DNA from: Sphaerochaetaceae bacterium | GTDB taxonomy: Bacteria > Spirochaetota > Spirochaetia > Sphaerochaetales > Sphaerochaetaceae | Direction of reading: 5' to 3' | Assembly (NCBI GenBank): GCA_028691695.1 | Contig: JAQUYU010000001.1 | Location: 1 to 54,414 of the forward strand | DNA length: 54,414 nucleotides | Shown: piece by piece, positions 19,622 through 27,042 of the stretch | Layout: every line of letters starts with the position of its first letter | How positions within the stretch are numbered: the stretch's first letter is position 1 | Program-made: the position numbers and the translations under genes | The notes under the pieces: model-generated | Databases searched by the model: none | Told to the model about the DNA's origin: nothing | Seen by the model: only the letters and a program-made list of their open reading frames with translations

Positions 19622-21064
19622 ATGAGCAAGAAAGTCAATCTGGTCCAAGTGGATCCTGTCAAGATAAAGCCGTTTCTCGGCATGAAGCCCGGTCAGTGGC
19701 TTACCTATCTGTATATACTGATCATCCTCATAGTTGTGTTCCTGGTATGCTTCCTCCCTGGAATCGTCAAAGGCCAGAAGCGCGTAACATTCACCAGTCC
19801 AGCTGGCATTGCAGCCGTATACATCGACGGACAGTATGCAGGCGGAACTCCTTTCACCACATGGGTGAAAAGCGGCGAGCACACTGTTGAGTTCAAGGTC
19901 TATGGGAACACGATCGAGACTTCTACCCTCAAGGTCGGGCATCCGGTATTCCTCACCTGGCTTTTCCCGAGGAAGATGTCCTTCGCCGGGACACAGACTG
20001 TCAGTGAACAGCTATCCAAGACGATCAAGACACAATTCCTATCCGACGTAGAACAGCAGAGCGCTGTCACCGCTTACGATGACAGGCACCACTACCCTCC
20101 GCTTTATCAGACATTCGCAGGATTCGGCCTCGATGCCGGTGCTCCTTTCATGAAGCTGGCCTTCTCTTACATCAGCTCAGCAGAGATGCTCGCCGATGCA
20201 AAGGCTGCATCCCAGACAATGGGTCTTGATTATGATTTCAGCATTCAGGATGCCATTTTCACCGGCACATCCGATGGCTCGGCTTCATCCGCATTTGCAA
20301 AGTCTCAGGTTCCAGAAGCTAGCACCATAACTCTATCAAGCGACAGTCTCAAGGCTTCTTCCTTCACAATCGACGGGCAGCTAGTCAGCACCGGTTCTTT
20401 CTCAATGGGAAAGGTCCAGACAGAGCTTACCTATCAGAACTCTGTGAGCGCATTGGTCAGCACCAAGATCACCGAGCCATTCTCGATAGCTTCATCTGAG
20501 ATCACAGAATATCAGTTTGCCCTGTTCCTGAAGGACAACCCTGAATGGTCCAAGGACAATCTTGAAGCATTGATGGCCGAGGGCAAGGCAGACCAGTACT
20601 ACCTTTCCGGCATCAGCACCAGCCTTGTTTTCCCATCGAACAAAAGCGTACGGAACATAAGCTACAAGGCCGCACAGGCTTTCTGCGTCTGGCTTTCCGA
20701 GCAGACTGGACGAAATGTATTCATCCCTACCGAAAAGCAATGGTCAGCAGCCTTTTCTGCACTTCAAAGCCCTTCATACCAGAAGAGTCTCGTTCAGATC
20801 ACAAAGTCCGGCACTATTGATTCAATGCTCGGCGGAGTATGGGAATTCACAAGTACAGGCTTCGTCCCTCTTTCAAGGGCAATCTCTGTCATCGATCCAT
20901 CGCAGGCTGCGGCTGACGCAGAAGTCCAGAACCAGTACACTATTGACTCAGACATCGTGATCAAAGGCGGTTCGTACATCGACCAGCAGGATGCTGCGGC
21001 TGTCGGAGTGATGTCAACTTCCGATTGTTCTGAGACTGCCGGCTTCAGAGTGGCTTGGAATTAA
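19622..21064 (+). CDS. Membrane-anchored PEGA domain / formylglycine-generating-enzyme (SUMF1) family protein
   Basis: 480 aa. It has an N-terminal TM helix (WLTYLYILIILIVVFLVCFLP) and a PEGA-like segment (VTFTSPAGIAAVYIDGQYAGGTPF..SGEHTVEF). The C-terminal FGE-sulfatase-like segments are EITEYQFALFLKDNPEW, ISYKAAQAFCVWLSEQTG, PTEKQWSAA, GGVWEFT and IKGGSY. Confidence 0.6.
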   Translation: MSKKVNLVQVDPVKIKPFLGMKPGQWLTYLYILIILIVVFLVCFLPGIVKGQKRVTFTSPAGIAAVYIDGQYAGGTPFTTWVKSGEHTVEFKVYGNTIETSTLKVGHPVFLTWLFPRKMSFAGTQTVSEQLSKTIKTQFLSDVEQQSAVTAYDDRHHYPPLYQTFAGFGLDAGAPFMKLAFSYISSAEMLADAKAASQTMGLDYDFSIQDAIFTGTSDGSASSAFAKSQVPEASTITLSSDSLKASSFTIDGQLVSTGSFSMGKVQTELTYQNSVSALVSTKITEPFSIASSEITEYQFALFLKDNPEWSKDNLEALMAEGKADQYYLSGISTSLVFPSNKSVRNISYKAAQAFCVWLSEQTGRNVFIPTEKQWSAAFSALQSPSYQKSLVQITKSGTIDSMLGGVWEFTSTGFVPLSRAISVIDPSQAAADAEVQNQYTIDSDIVIKGGSYIDQQDAAAVGVMSTSDCSETAGFRVAWN

Positions 21065-21077
21065 AAGAGGCATTATC

Positions 21078-21557
21078 ATGGCAAAAACCGAAAAAGACAG
21101 CTACAAGCTCTGCCAATCCAACAAGAAGGCTTACTTCAACTATGAAATCCTAGAGGACATTGAATGCGGGATCAGCCTCGAAGGGACAGAAGTGAAGTCA
21201 ATCCGTGCAAACAAGTTCTCCTTCGGGGACTGCTATGCACGAATCATCGAAGGCAGCCTCTTCATCGTCGGCATGACGATTCAGCCCTACGCCACCAGCG
21301 GTGTATTCAATCACGAGCCTGACCGCAACCGCCGCCTTCTTGTCCACAAGCAGGAGATCAAGCGCCTCAAGCGCAAGGTCGAGGAAAAAGGCTTCACACT
21401 TGTGCCTACAAAGGTCTACTTCAAGGGCAACCTTATCAAAGTTCAGATATCACTCTGCCGCGGAAAGCAGCTTCACGACAAGAAGCAGGCTATCAAGGAC
21501 CGTGATCTAATCCGAGAAGCTCAGCGTGAAGTAAAGAATTACAGCAAAGGCTTTTAA
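21078..21557 (+). CDS. smpB: SsrA-binding protein SmpB
   Basis: 159 aa. Motifs are NKKAYFNYEI, LEGTEVKSIR and RRLLVHKQEI, with a basic C-terminal tail. It lies immediately upstream of the tmRNA gene. Confidence 0.9.
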   Translation: MAKTEKDSYKLCQSNKKAYFNYEILEDIECGISLEGTEVKSIRANKFSFGDCYARIIEGSLFIVGMTIQPYATSGVFNHEPDRNRRLLVHKQEIKRLKRKVEEKGFTLVPTKVYFKGNLIKVQISLCRGKQLHDKKQAIKDRDLIREAQREVKNYSKGF

Positions 21558-21652
21558 AATTTCATTTTCTGCTTTTCACCAACAATCAACCAAAATACAT
21601 CTCGTATTTCTGGTTAAATCCATGGTCTTTGCTTCGATCTTGCCCAAGATGC

Positions 21653-21681
21653 TTGACAATTGGTTTCTTATGAAGTAATTT
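21653..21681 (+). promoter_or_regulatory. Candidate sigma70-type promoter for ssrA
   Basis: The -35 TTGACA (21653-21658) is separated by a 17 nt spacer from the -10 TAATTT (21676-21681). This lies about 20 nt upstream of the mature tmRNA 5' end. Confidence 0.4.
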
Positions 21682-21700
21682 CTCTATACAACCGTGCACC

Positions 21701-22074
21701 GGGGGTGTACCGGTTTCGACTGGCGGCATGCTGTGCCTTCAGTTGCAGGCGGAGCGCCAACTCCATAAACTAGCAAAACTTTTAGTTGCCAAGAAAGAAG
21801 ACGAAATCGTCTCCGACGAAACAACTCTTGCTCTCGCTGCTTAATAACAGCCAGAACAACTTGCCCTGGGAAGTAGGATCCGTCCTTTCCTAGGCAGGTA
21901 ACGAACGGATATTACCTGACCGAAGCCTGAGGCGGCCGGGGACAATAAATCAGGCTGGGTTTTCCACTTGCGTGCCGGTATGCTGGCGGGAAACTGAGAT
22001 CCAATACATCGGCTAAGCCTGTAGACGCTGTCGGGCGGCCCGTTAGGACGGGGGTTCGAATCCCCCCACCTCCA
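21701..22074 (+). ncRNA. ssrA: tmRNA (transfer-messenger RNA), one-piece form
   Basis: The 5' end GGGGGUGUACCGGUUUCGAC pairs with the 3' end ...GGACGGGGGUUCGAAUCCCCCCACCUCCA. This gives a 7 bp acceptor stem with a G3:U pair and a T-arm GGGGGUUCGAAUCCCCC. CCA is not encoded. The internal tag reading frame ends ...ETTLALAA followed by a double stop TAA TAA (21842-21847). Confidence 0.85.
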
Positions 22075-22077
22075 TAA

Positions 22078-22115
22078 GGCTCTTGCAACTAATAATTGCA
22101 GGAGCCTTTTTCTTT
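22078..22115 (+). terminator. Rho-independent terminator of ssrA
   Basis: ggctcttgcaa-ctaataa-ttgcaggagcc forms an 11 bp stem including one G:U pair. It is followed by TTTTTCTTTC. Confidence 0.7.
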
Positions 22116-22189
22116 CATCAGTTTTCAAATTTTAGAAATACTCTTCAATACTGCAAAGCATTCCTGTCGAAGTTACTGCAACATCATCA

Positions 22190-22282
22190 AAGGTACGAAA
22201 AAGGGTCATGCCGAAGGTCACTAAACCTACGAAAAGGTAGCCAAAGGTCATGCCGAAGGTCACTAAACGTCTGAAAAGGTCG
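22190..22282 (+). promoter_or_regulatory. Cluster of AAGGT(C/A) direct repeats, including an exact 23 nt duplication
   Basis: ggtcatgccgaaggtcactaaac occurs at 22204-22226 and again at 22246-22268 (offset 42). AAGGT or AGGGT cores occur at 22190, 22202, 22214, 22234, 22244, 22256 and 22276, spaced 10-12 or 20 nt apart. The cluster lies between the ssrA terminator and the ZIP transporter gene. Confidence 0.45.
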
Positions 22283-22337
22283 TCAATAGGTTTTTCTATG
22301 GATATCCCAGCAGCGCAATCTAGCAAGATTATGAAAT

Positions 22338-23267
22338 ATGATCAAAAAGTTATTGATGTCTAACCCTTGCTTTCAGTATACTTGGCTTGAGATGAGTACA
22401 TTAGGCTGGGTAGTAATAATTACGACAATTGCAGGAGTCGGTGGAACAGGACTCGGAGGCGCTGTAGGCGCAATTCTCAAGAGAGACTCTTCCAAAGTGG
22501 TAAGCCTGCTTCTTAGCTTTGCAGGCGGAGTGATGCTTTCAGTCGTCTGCTTCGACCTTGTTCCAAGCGGCTTGATGCCTGATGGAGCAGATTCTGCTGT
22601 TTCGGTTTGGGTCGTCGTTGCTGGGATAGTGATAGGATACGGAGTCATATTCATCCTGAACTATTGGATAGACAAGACCACGAACCACGAAGTCAAGCAC
22701 ATAAGCAAGAACCATCCTAAGACAGCAGATAACCTTGATGAGCTGATCCATGAGAACCACTTCAAGGAGCATCAGCAGGAAAACAAGGCAAACGACACAC
22801 CAGTTTCTCGTTATCAGCTGTTTCTCGCTGGAATGGTAATGGCAGCGGCGATAGCCCTGCACAACCTTCCAGAAGGAATGGTCATAGGTGCTACTTACGC
22901 AAAGGATTCATCAAATCTTCTTGGCGGAAGCGGTCTTGTAATAGCAATCGTAATCGGGCTGCATAACATTCCAGAAGGAATGGCAGTTGCAGTTCCGCTT
23001 ATTGCAGGTGGAATGAAGAAGCCTAAGGCTGTCCTTCTCACAGCAATTTCCGGAGCTCCGACGATTCTCGGTGCAATCATCGGATTCCAGCTCGGACTGC
23101 TCAGCCCCGTATGGCTTTCGCTTTCGCTGAGCTTTGCAAGCGGAGCAATGCTTTATGTAGTATTCGGCGAGCTTCTGCCAGAGGCAATCTTGATGTTCCG
23201 ATCCAAGCTGCCTGCCCTATTCATTCTGATCGGCCTGCTAACAGGCTTGGTGCTGGTGAATATCTAG
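22338..23267 (+). CDS. ZIP family divalent metal transporter (ZupT-like)
   Basis: 309 aa polytopic protein with two LHN(L/I)PEGM motifs (ALHNLPEGMVIG; GLHNIPEGMAVAVP) and a His-rich cytoplasmic loop (HEVKHISKNHPK..HENHFKEH). ATG 22392 (MSTLGWVVII...) is an alternative start that better matches ZupT N-termini. Confidence 0.85.
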   Translation: MIKKLLMSNPCFQYTWLEMSTLGWVVIITTIAGVGGTGLGGAVGAILKRDSSKVVSLLLSFAGGVMLSVVCFDLVPSGLMPDGADSAVSVWVVVAGIVIGYGVIFILNYWIDKTTNHEVKHISKNHPKTADNLDELIHENHFKEHQQENKANDTPVSRYQLFLAGMVMAAAIALHNLPEGMVIGATYAKDSSNLLGGSGLVIAIVIGLHNIPEGMAVAVPLIAGGMKKPKAVLLTAISGAPTILGAIIGFQLGLLSPVWLSLSLSFASGAMLYVVFGELLPEAILMFRSKLPALFILIGLLTGLVLVNI

Positions 23268-23869
23268 AATTCCTTCCTGCGGTAGATTCTGCAGGAAATC
23301 CAGGCAGAAACAGCAAGCAAACCCAATGATCCCACGAGGATCAGTACATTGGAAACACGCCCGAAATCAAACACATAGCTCTCGTTGTCCCTTAGCAACC
23401 CAGAAGAAACCGCCAGCATTCCGATGAACAGAACCAGGAAAATCAGCTTTGCTTTCTCTGAACCGAACTTGTACAGCAAAGGGAAAAGTATCGCCATGAA
23501 CAAAGCAGAAAGAGAAAATGCAATCAGCAGTGAATCTGCAATCACGGAAGCCTGCGTCCTGAGCATGATTCCCATTATCACATGAGCAATTGCCATCACA
23601 GTAGAAATGATTAGCCCGAAAAGATACCTTGATACGACTACCCTGTCTCTTCCGCCTGGAAAAGTGCAGGCAATCCTGTCCCAGCCGCTTTTCTCATCAT
23701 ATCCGAATGCCATCATTGAAAGGACCAGAACAAGCACTGACTCCATTGAAGCGAAGAATGCAAGGTCCTTCAGGTATATGCTGTATCCAAAATACATGAC
23801 AAGCAGGATCAAAAGCAGCTTGAACTGCAGAACAGCAGTCCTCAGATCCTTGAAAATCAGTCCAATCAT
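23264..23869 (-). CDS. ABC-2 family transporter permease
   Basis: 201 aa with about 6 hydrophobic segments. It has a 4 nt overlap with the upstream ABC ATPase gene. The gene order is typical of YtrA-regulated ABC modules. Confidence 0.65.
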   Translation of the reverse strand: MIGLIFKDLRTAVLQFKLLLILLVMYFGYSIYLKDLAFFASMESVLVLVLSMMAFGYDEKSGWDRIACTFPGGRDRVVVSRYLFGLIISTVMAIAHVIMGIMLRTQASVIADSLLIAFSLSALFMAILFPLLYKFGSEKAKLIFLVLFIGMLAVSSGLLRDNESYVFDFGRVSNVLILVGSLGLLAVSAWISCRIYRRKEF

Positions 23870-24714
23870 CTTCTTGCCTCCTCTTTCTTTATCCAGTAAA
23901 GCATAATCTCCTCTATGGTGGCACGCTCGAGCGTGTATTTCTTATCATCGAAATCTTCGGTGCGAACCAGTGCCTTTGCTCCGAATTCGGTCTTTCTGAG
24001 TCCGATCATTTTCTTTTTATTGGCCAAACCCATATCCTTCGCCGACAGGCAGAGAATCCTATAGCCATCCAGCAGCTCTTCCTTCGTTTCCGAGAACACG
24101 ATTCTTCCTTCGTGGATCATCGTCACGTAATCGCTGATCTTCTCGATGTCGCTTACGATATGGCTTGAGAAGAAAATGCTGTTCCCGTTGTCCTGCATGT
24201 AGTTCTGCAATACTCCCAGCAGCTCATCCCTGAACACAGGGTCTAGCCCGCTCGTCGGTTCATCTAGAACAAGAAGCTTTGCATGATGGGAAAGAGCCGC
24301 TGCAAGCATTCCCTTCATCTTCATGCCTGTGGAAAGGGTTCCGAACTTCTGCTTGGTATCAATGCTGAACATGTCCAGGTATCTTGCAAATTCCTTGCTG
24401 TCCCAGTTCTTGTATTGATGCGACAGGATGAACTGCATGTCTTTCATCGTCAGTCCGTCAGGATAGCATGATCCGTTCAGCACTGATCCTACATCAGACA
24501 GCGCTTCTTCAGGCCTCTTTCCAAGAACTTTCACCTGTCCTGCTTCCGGACTGATGAGCGAGAGAATCGTCTTGATCGTTGTAGTCTTTCCCGCTCCGTT
24601 CTCGCCAATGAATCCCATCACGTAGCCCTCTGGGACTTTCAGATCTATGTGATCAAGGGCAAACCTTGGATATGTCTTTACAAGTCCTTCTATTTCGATT
24701 GCATAATCCATCAT
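23866..24714 (-). CDS. ABC transporter ATP-binding protein
   Basis: Walker A is GENGAGKTT, the signature motif is LSTGMKMK and Walker B is LLVLDEPTSGLD, followed by an H-loop. I placed the start at ATG 24714 (MMDYAIEIEGL...), which forms an ATGA overlap with the GntR stop. The track ORF extends to 24750. Confidence 0.9.
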   Translation of the reverse strand: MMDYAIEIEGLVKTYPRFALDHIDLKVPEGYVMGFIGENGAGKTTTIKTILSLISPEAGQVKVLGKRPEEALSDVGSVLNGSCYPDGLTMKDMQFILSHQYKNWDSKEFARYLDMFSIDTKQKFGTLSTGMKMKGMLAAALSHHAKLLVLDEPTSGLDPVFRDELLGVLQNYMQDNGNSIFFSSHIVSDIEKISDYVTMIHEGRIVFSETKEELLDGYRILCLSAKDMGLANKKKMIGLRKTEFGAKALVRTEDFDDKKYTLERATIEEIMLYWIKKEEARR

Positions 24715-25097
24715 GCTTTCTCCTTCATAATCTTCTTCAGCTTCTGGCAAATCTCGTCTTCCCCTATTCCCAGCCTGACGGCAGTATGAGCTGCACTTCT
24801 CAGAGTCTGATCCAGCTCTTCTTCAAGTTTCTTCTCAAGAACAGCAGAGCTTTCTTCCTTCACGAAACTGCCCCTTCCAATAACAGTATCAATCAGTCCT
24901 TCGCTTTCAAGGTCATCATAAGCACGCTTTGTAGTTATTACGCTGACTTCAAGCTCCATAGCAAGGAACCTTATCGACGGCAGAGCCTGACCGTATGGAA
25001 GCTGTCCGCTCAGGATAGCATCCCTGATCTGATCATGAATCTGCTTGTAGAACGGCTCACTGGAGCTGTTGATGATTTTGATTTCCAAACTGTTCAT
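24711..25097 (-). CDS. GntR family transcriptional regulator, YtrA subfamily (short effector domain)
   Basis: About 128 aa. The winged-HTH region is PFYKQIHDQIRDAILSGQLPYGQALPSIRFLAMELEVSVITTKRAYDDLESEGLI. The short C-terminal helical region is typical of the YtrA subfamily. The track ORF begins at GTG 25112. I prefer ATG 25097 because the GTG lies inside the candidate -10/operator. Confidence 0.85.
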   Translation of the reverse strand: MNSLEIKIINSSSEPFYKQIHDQIRDAILSGQLPYGQALPSIRFLAMELEVSVITTKRAYDDLESEGLIDTVIGRGSFVKEESSAVLEKKLEEELDQTLRSAAHTAVRLGIGEDEICQKLKKIMKEKA

Positions 25098-25099
25098 AA

Positions 25100-25120
25100 T
25101 GTTTATACACACTATAAACA
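25100..25120. promoter_or_regulatory. Perfect 8 bp inverted repeat (candidate YtrA/GntR operator)
   Basis: TGTTTATA-cacac-TATAAACA lies 3 nt upstream of the GntR ATG. It overlaps a minus-strand candidate promoter with -35 TTGACA (25140-25135), an 18 nt spacer and -10 TATAGT (25116-25111). Confidence 0.5.
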
Positions 25121-25319
25121 GATTGGCCTTTCATTGTCAACACACATTTTCTGAATCAATGCAAAGAAGAATCATCAAGTTTCCTTCCATCATTTAACAT
25201 ACCGAGTGGCTTGGACGACAAATTGAACCAAAGAATTATCTGTGTTCTATGGCTCTTTCTGCTAGAAGAGAAATCAATTTGAAAAAGTATTTCTTGAATT
25301 GAAGTCAGGATTATTCTGT

Positions 25320-26369
25320 TCAGTTGAAGTCAAACAGAATCAGATCATCACTTGTACCCGTAATCTTCATATGCTGATAACTGGCCAATCCAGTAGTTTC
25401 AATTGCTTCCTGTGCTTTGTCTGCAACCTGCTGCAAAGAAACTTTGCCAAGGAAGCTTGCAGGAATTTCAGAACCCAAGGACTGTGAATCCGTATCATAC
25501 CCCAGAGCATCAAGAACTCCGTAAGTGAAAAGCCCATGACCAAGAGTTCCAAATTCATATGACTGTTCATAAGTCTTTGAAGCTGAAAGGATGTAGAAAT
25601 CACTTTCCTGCTGGATCTTCGAATCAGAGAAAAGCAAATCAGAAAAGACATCAATGCTGTTATTGGAAGTGCTGTATGTAGTTGCATCAGTAGTGATGTT
25701 GTTCTCGGCAATCACAGAGCCGCTGAAGCAGAAGTCGCCAAAAATGCATTTCTTTCCTGGAAAGAGCTTCATCACATTATATAAATCAGAGGCAGGCCAG
25801 TAGTCAATAATGAAATGCACATTAAAACTTTCAAGCCCAATTCCACTCTGAGCCTGATACTGTGCTGTTTCGGAATACTGAACCTCTGATTGAAGCGGCG
25901 TGGTTTTATAAGCAAAGTTTTCGCTGTATCCATGGCTGCTGCAGAAGAAAATTAGAGTATCGTTCTCAGAAGCCATATTGGAAAATTCCCTGATTTTCGC
26001 TTCCACGTTCACCACAGATGGGAAGTTTGCAGACGAAGCTGAAAGCCTTGCACCAGAACGATTGAAATCGGAGAATTCAAACTGAACAAGCTCTCTGCCA
26101 GCCCTGGCACAGAGCTCAGAGATGCAATCGGCGAAGAATTCCGAGTCGCTGAAAGTGTAAGTCAATGCAGAAACATATGAACCATCAAGCAGTTGAGTAC
26201 CTAGAATAGTATTACCATTGATGTCTTTCTTTCCATAGCGAATTCCAATGTTTATAAGATAAACCTTTCCCGGTTCCTGCTGTGTATAGAAAAGCTCGCA
26301 GCTTGAAAGAAAAAAGATTGAAGCAAGTACTATAATTGATAACAGGAAGGTCTTGATTCTTTTCATCAT
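25320..26369 (-). CDS. Caspase-like (clan CD, peptidase C14/C13-like) lipoprotein with an intact His/Cys dyad
   Basis: 349 aa. It has a signal peptide with a lipobox (FFLSSC), a His motif LIFFCSSHGYS and a Cys motif FGDFCFSGS (D-x-C-x-S-G). The downstream caspase-domain signature is ILSAS..EQSYEFGTLGHGLFTYGVLDALGYD. Confidence 0.65.
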   Translation of the reverse strand: MMKRIKTFLLSIIVLASIFFLSSCELFYTQQEPGKVYLINIGIRYGKKDINGNTILGTQLLDGSYVSALTYTFSDSEFFADCISELCARAGRELVQFEFSDFNRSGARLSASSANFPSVVNVEAKIREFSNMASENDTLIFFCSSHGYSENFAYKTTPLQSEVQYSETAQYQAQSGIGLESFNVHFIIDYWPASDLYNVMKLFPGKKCIFGDFCFSGSVIAENNITTDATTYSTSNNSIDVFSDLLFSDSKIQQESDFYILSASKTYEQSYEFGTLGHGLFTYGVLDALGYDTDSQSLGSEIPASFLGKVSLQQVADKAQEAIETTGLASYQHMKITGTSDDLILFDFN

Positions 26370-26932
26370 AGCCCCTCCTGTATCCAGTAGCCCTTGTAAC
26401 GGACCTTAAAACCGCAGCTGACGCTTACTGCAACTATATCCTTGCGATACGAGACTTCAATGGGAGCCAGCACGGAAAAGTTTACATATGCAGTCTGGGA
26501 GAACAGGAATTCGTTGTACAGGATGCCTGATACAGAACCGAACTTCACATCGGTGCCTGAATTATTGACTGCAATCTCGGCACCAAGACCGAGGCAGTAG
26601 ACATCAGAGATGAAATAAGAGAAGTAGACTCTGGCTCCATAGCTGATGAAGCCCTTTAGCTGAGTCTGATTGAAAGCCAAAGAAGGCGTGACATAGCCCA
26701 AAAAGAATGCACCGCCTGCCTGAAATCTATTGATTGAAAAAGAAAGCGCATCAAGATAGATCTTAGCCTCACCTTGCGTTCTTATCGGGACTTCAGACTC
26801 CAGGTAGGCAGCCGTTGGAATGGCACCATAATAGCCGCCCTGGATTTCAATTGCTGGAGCCCAGCCTGAAAAACTGGCAAACGCTGCTGAGGCGCATAGA
26901 ATCATCATAAAGCAGAAAAACGCTTTCTTCAT
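26366..26932 (-). CDS. Small outer-membrane beta-barrel protein (putative)
   Basis: 188 aa with a signal peptide (MKKAFFCFMMILCASAAFA). The mature part has alternating hydrophobic and aromatic beta-strand patterns (YFSYFISDVY, GLGAEIAV, VSVSCGFKVRY). It has a 4 nt ATGA overlap with the downstream caspase-like gene. Confidence 0.5.
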   Translation of the reverse strand: MKKAFFCFMMILCASAAFASFSGWAPAIEIQGGYYGAIPTAAYLESEVPIRTQGEAKIYLDALSFSINRFQAGGAFFLGYVTPSLAFNQTQLKGFISYGARVYFSYFISDVYCLGLGAEIAVNNSGTDVKFGSVSGILYNEFLFSQTAYVNFSVLAPIEVSYRKDIVAVSVSCGFKVRYKGYWIQEGL

Positions 26933-27042
26933 GAACCAAAGATACCACAGTTTCTACTGATTTTCACAGAGACATTGCTGTTATTCAGATGAAATACCAT
27001 GTATTTCAGGGCATTCATCAGAATAACTAGTGAAATCAACTA

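Noticed and set aside
19568-19942. 124 aa minus-strand ORF upstream of lepB
   Set aside because: It is antisense to the 5' part of the 480 aa PEGA/FGE gene, which has recognisable domains. It has no motifs of its own and would leave lepB without a promoter region.
21841-22128. 95 aa minus-strand ORF
   Set aside because: It lies entirely antisense to the tmRNA gene and its terminator. The tmRNA structure explains this sequence.
23264-23267. Shared CTAG at the convergent ZIP / ABC-2 permease stops as a special signal
   Set aside because: A 4 nt overlap of two convergent stop codons (TAG on both strands within CTAG) is a trivial consequence of the palindromic tetranucleotide. No further structure surrounds it.
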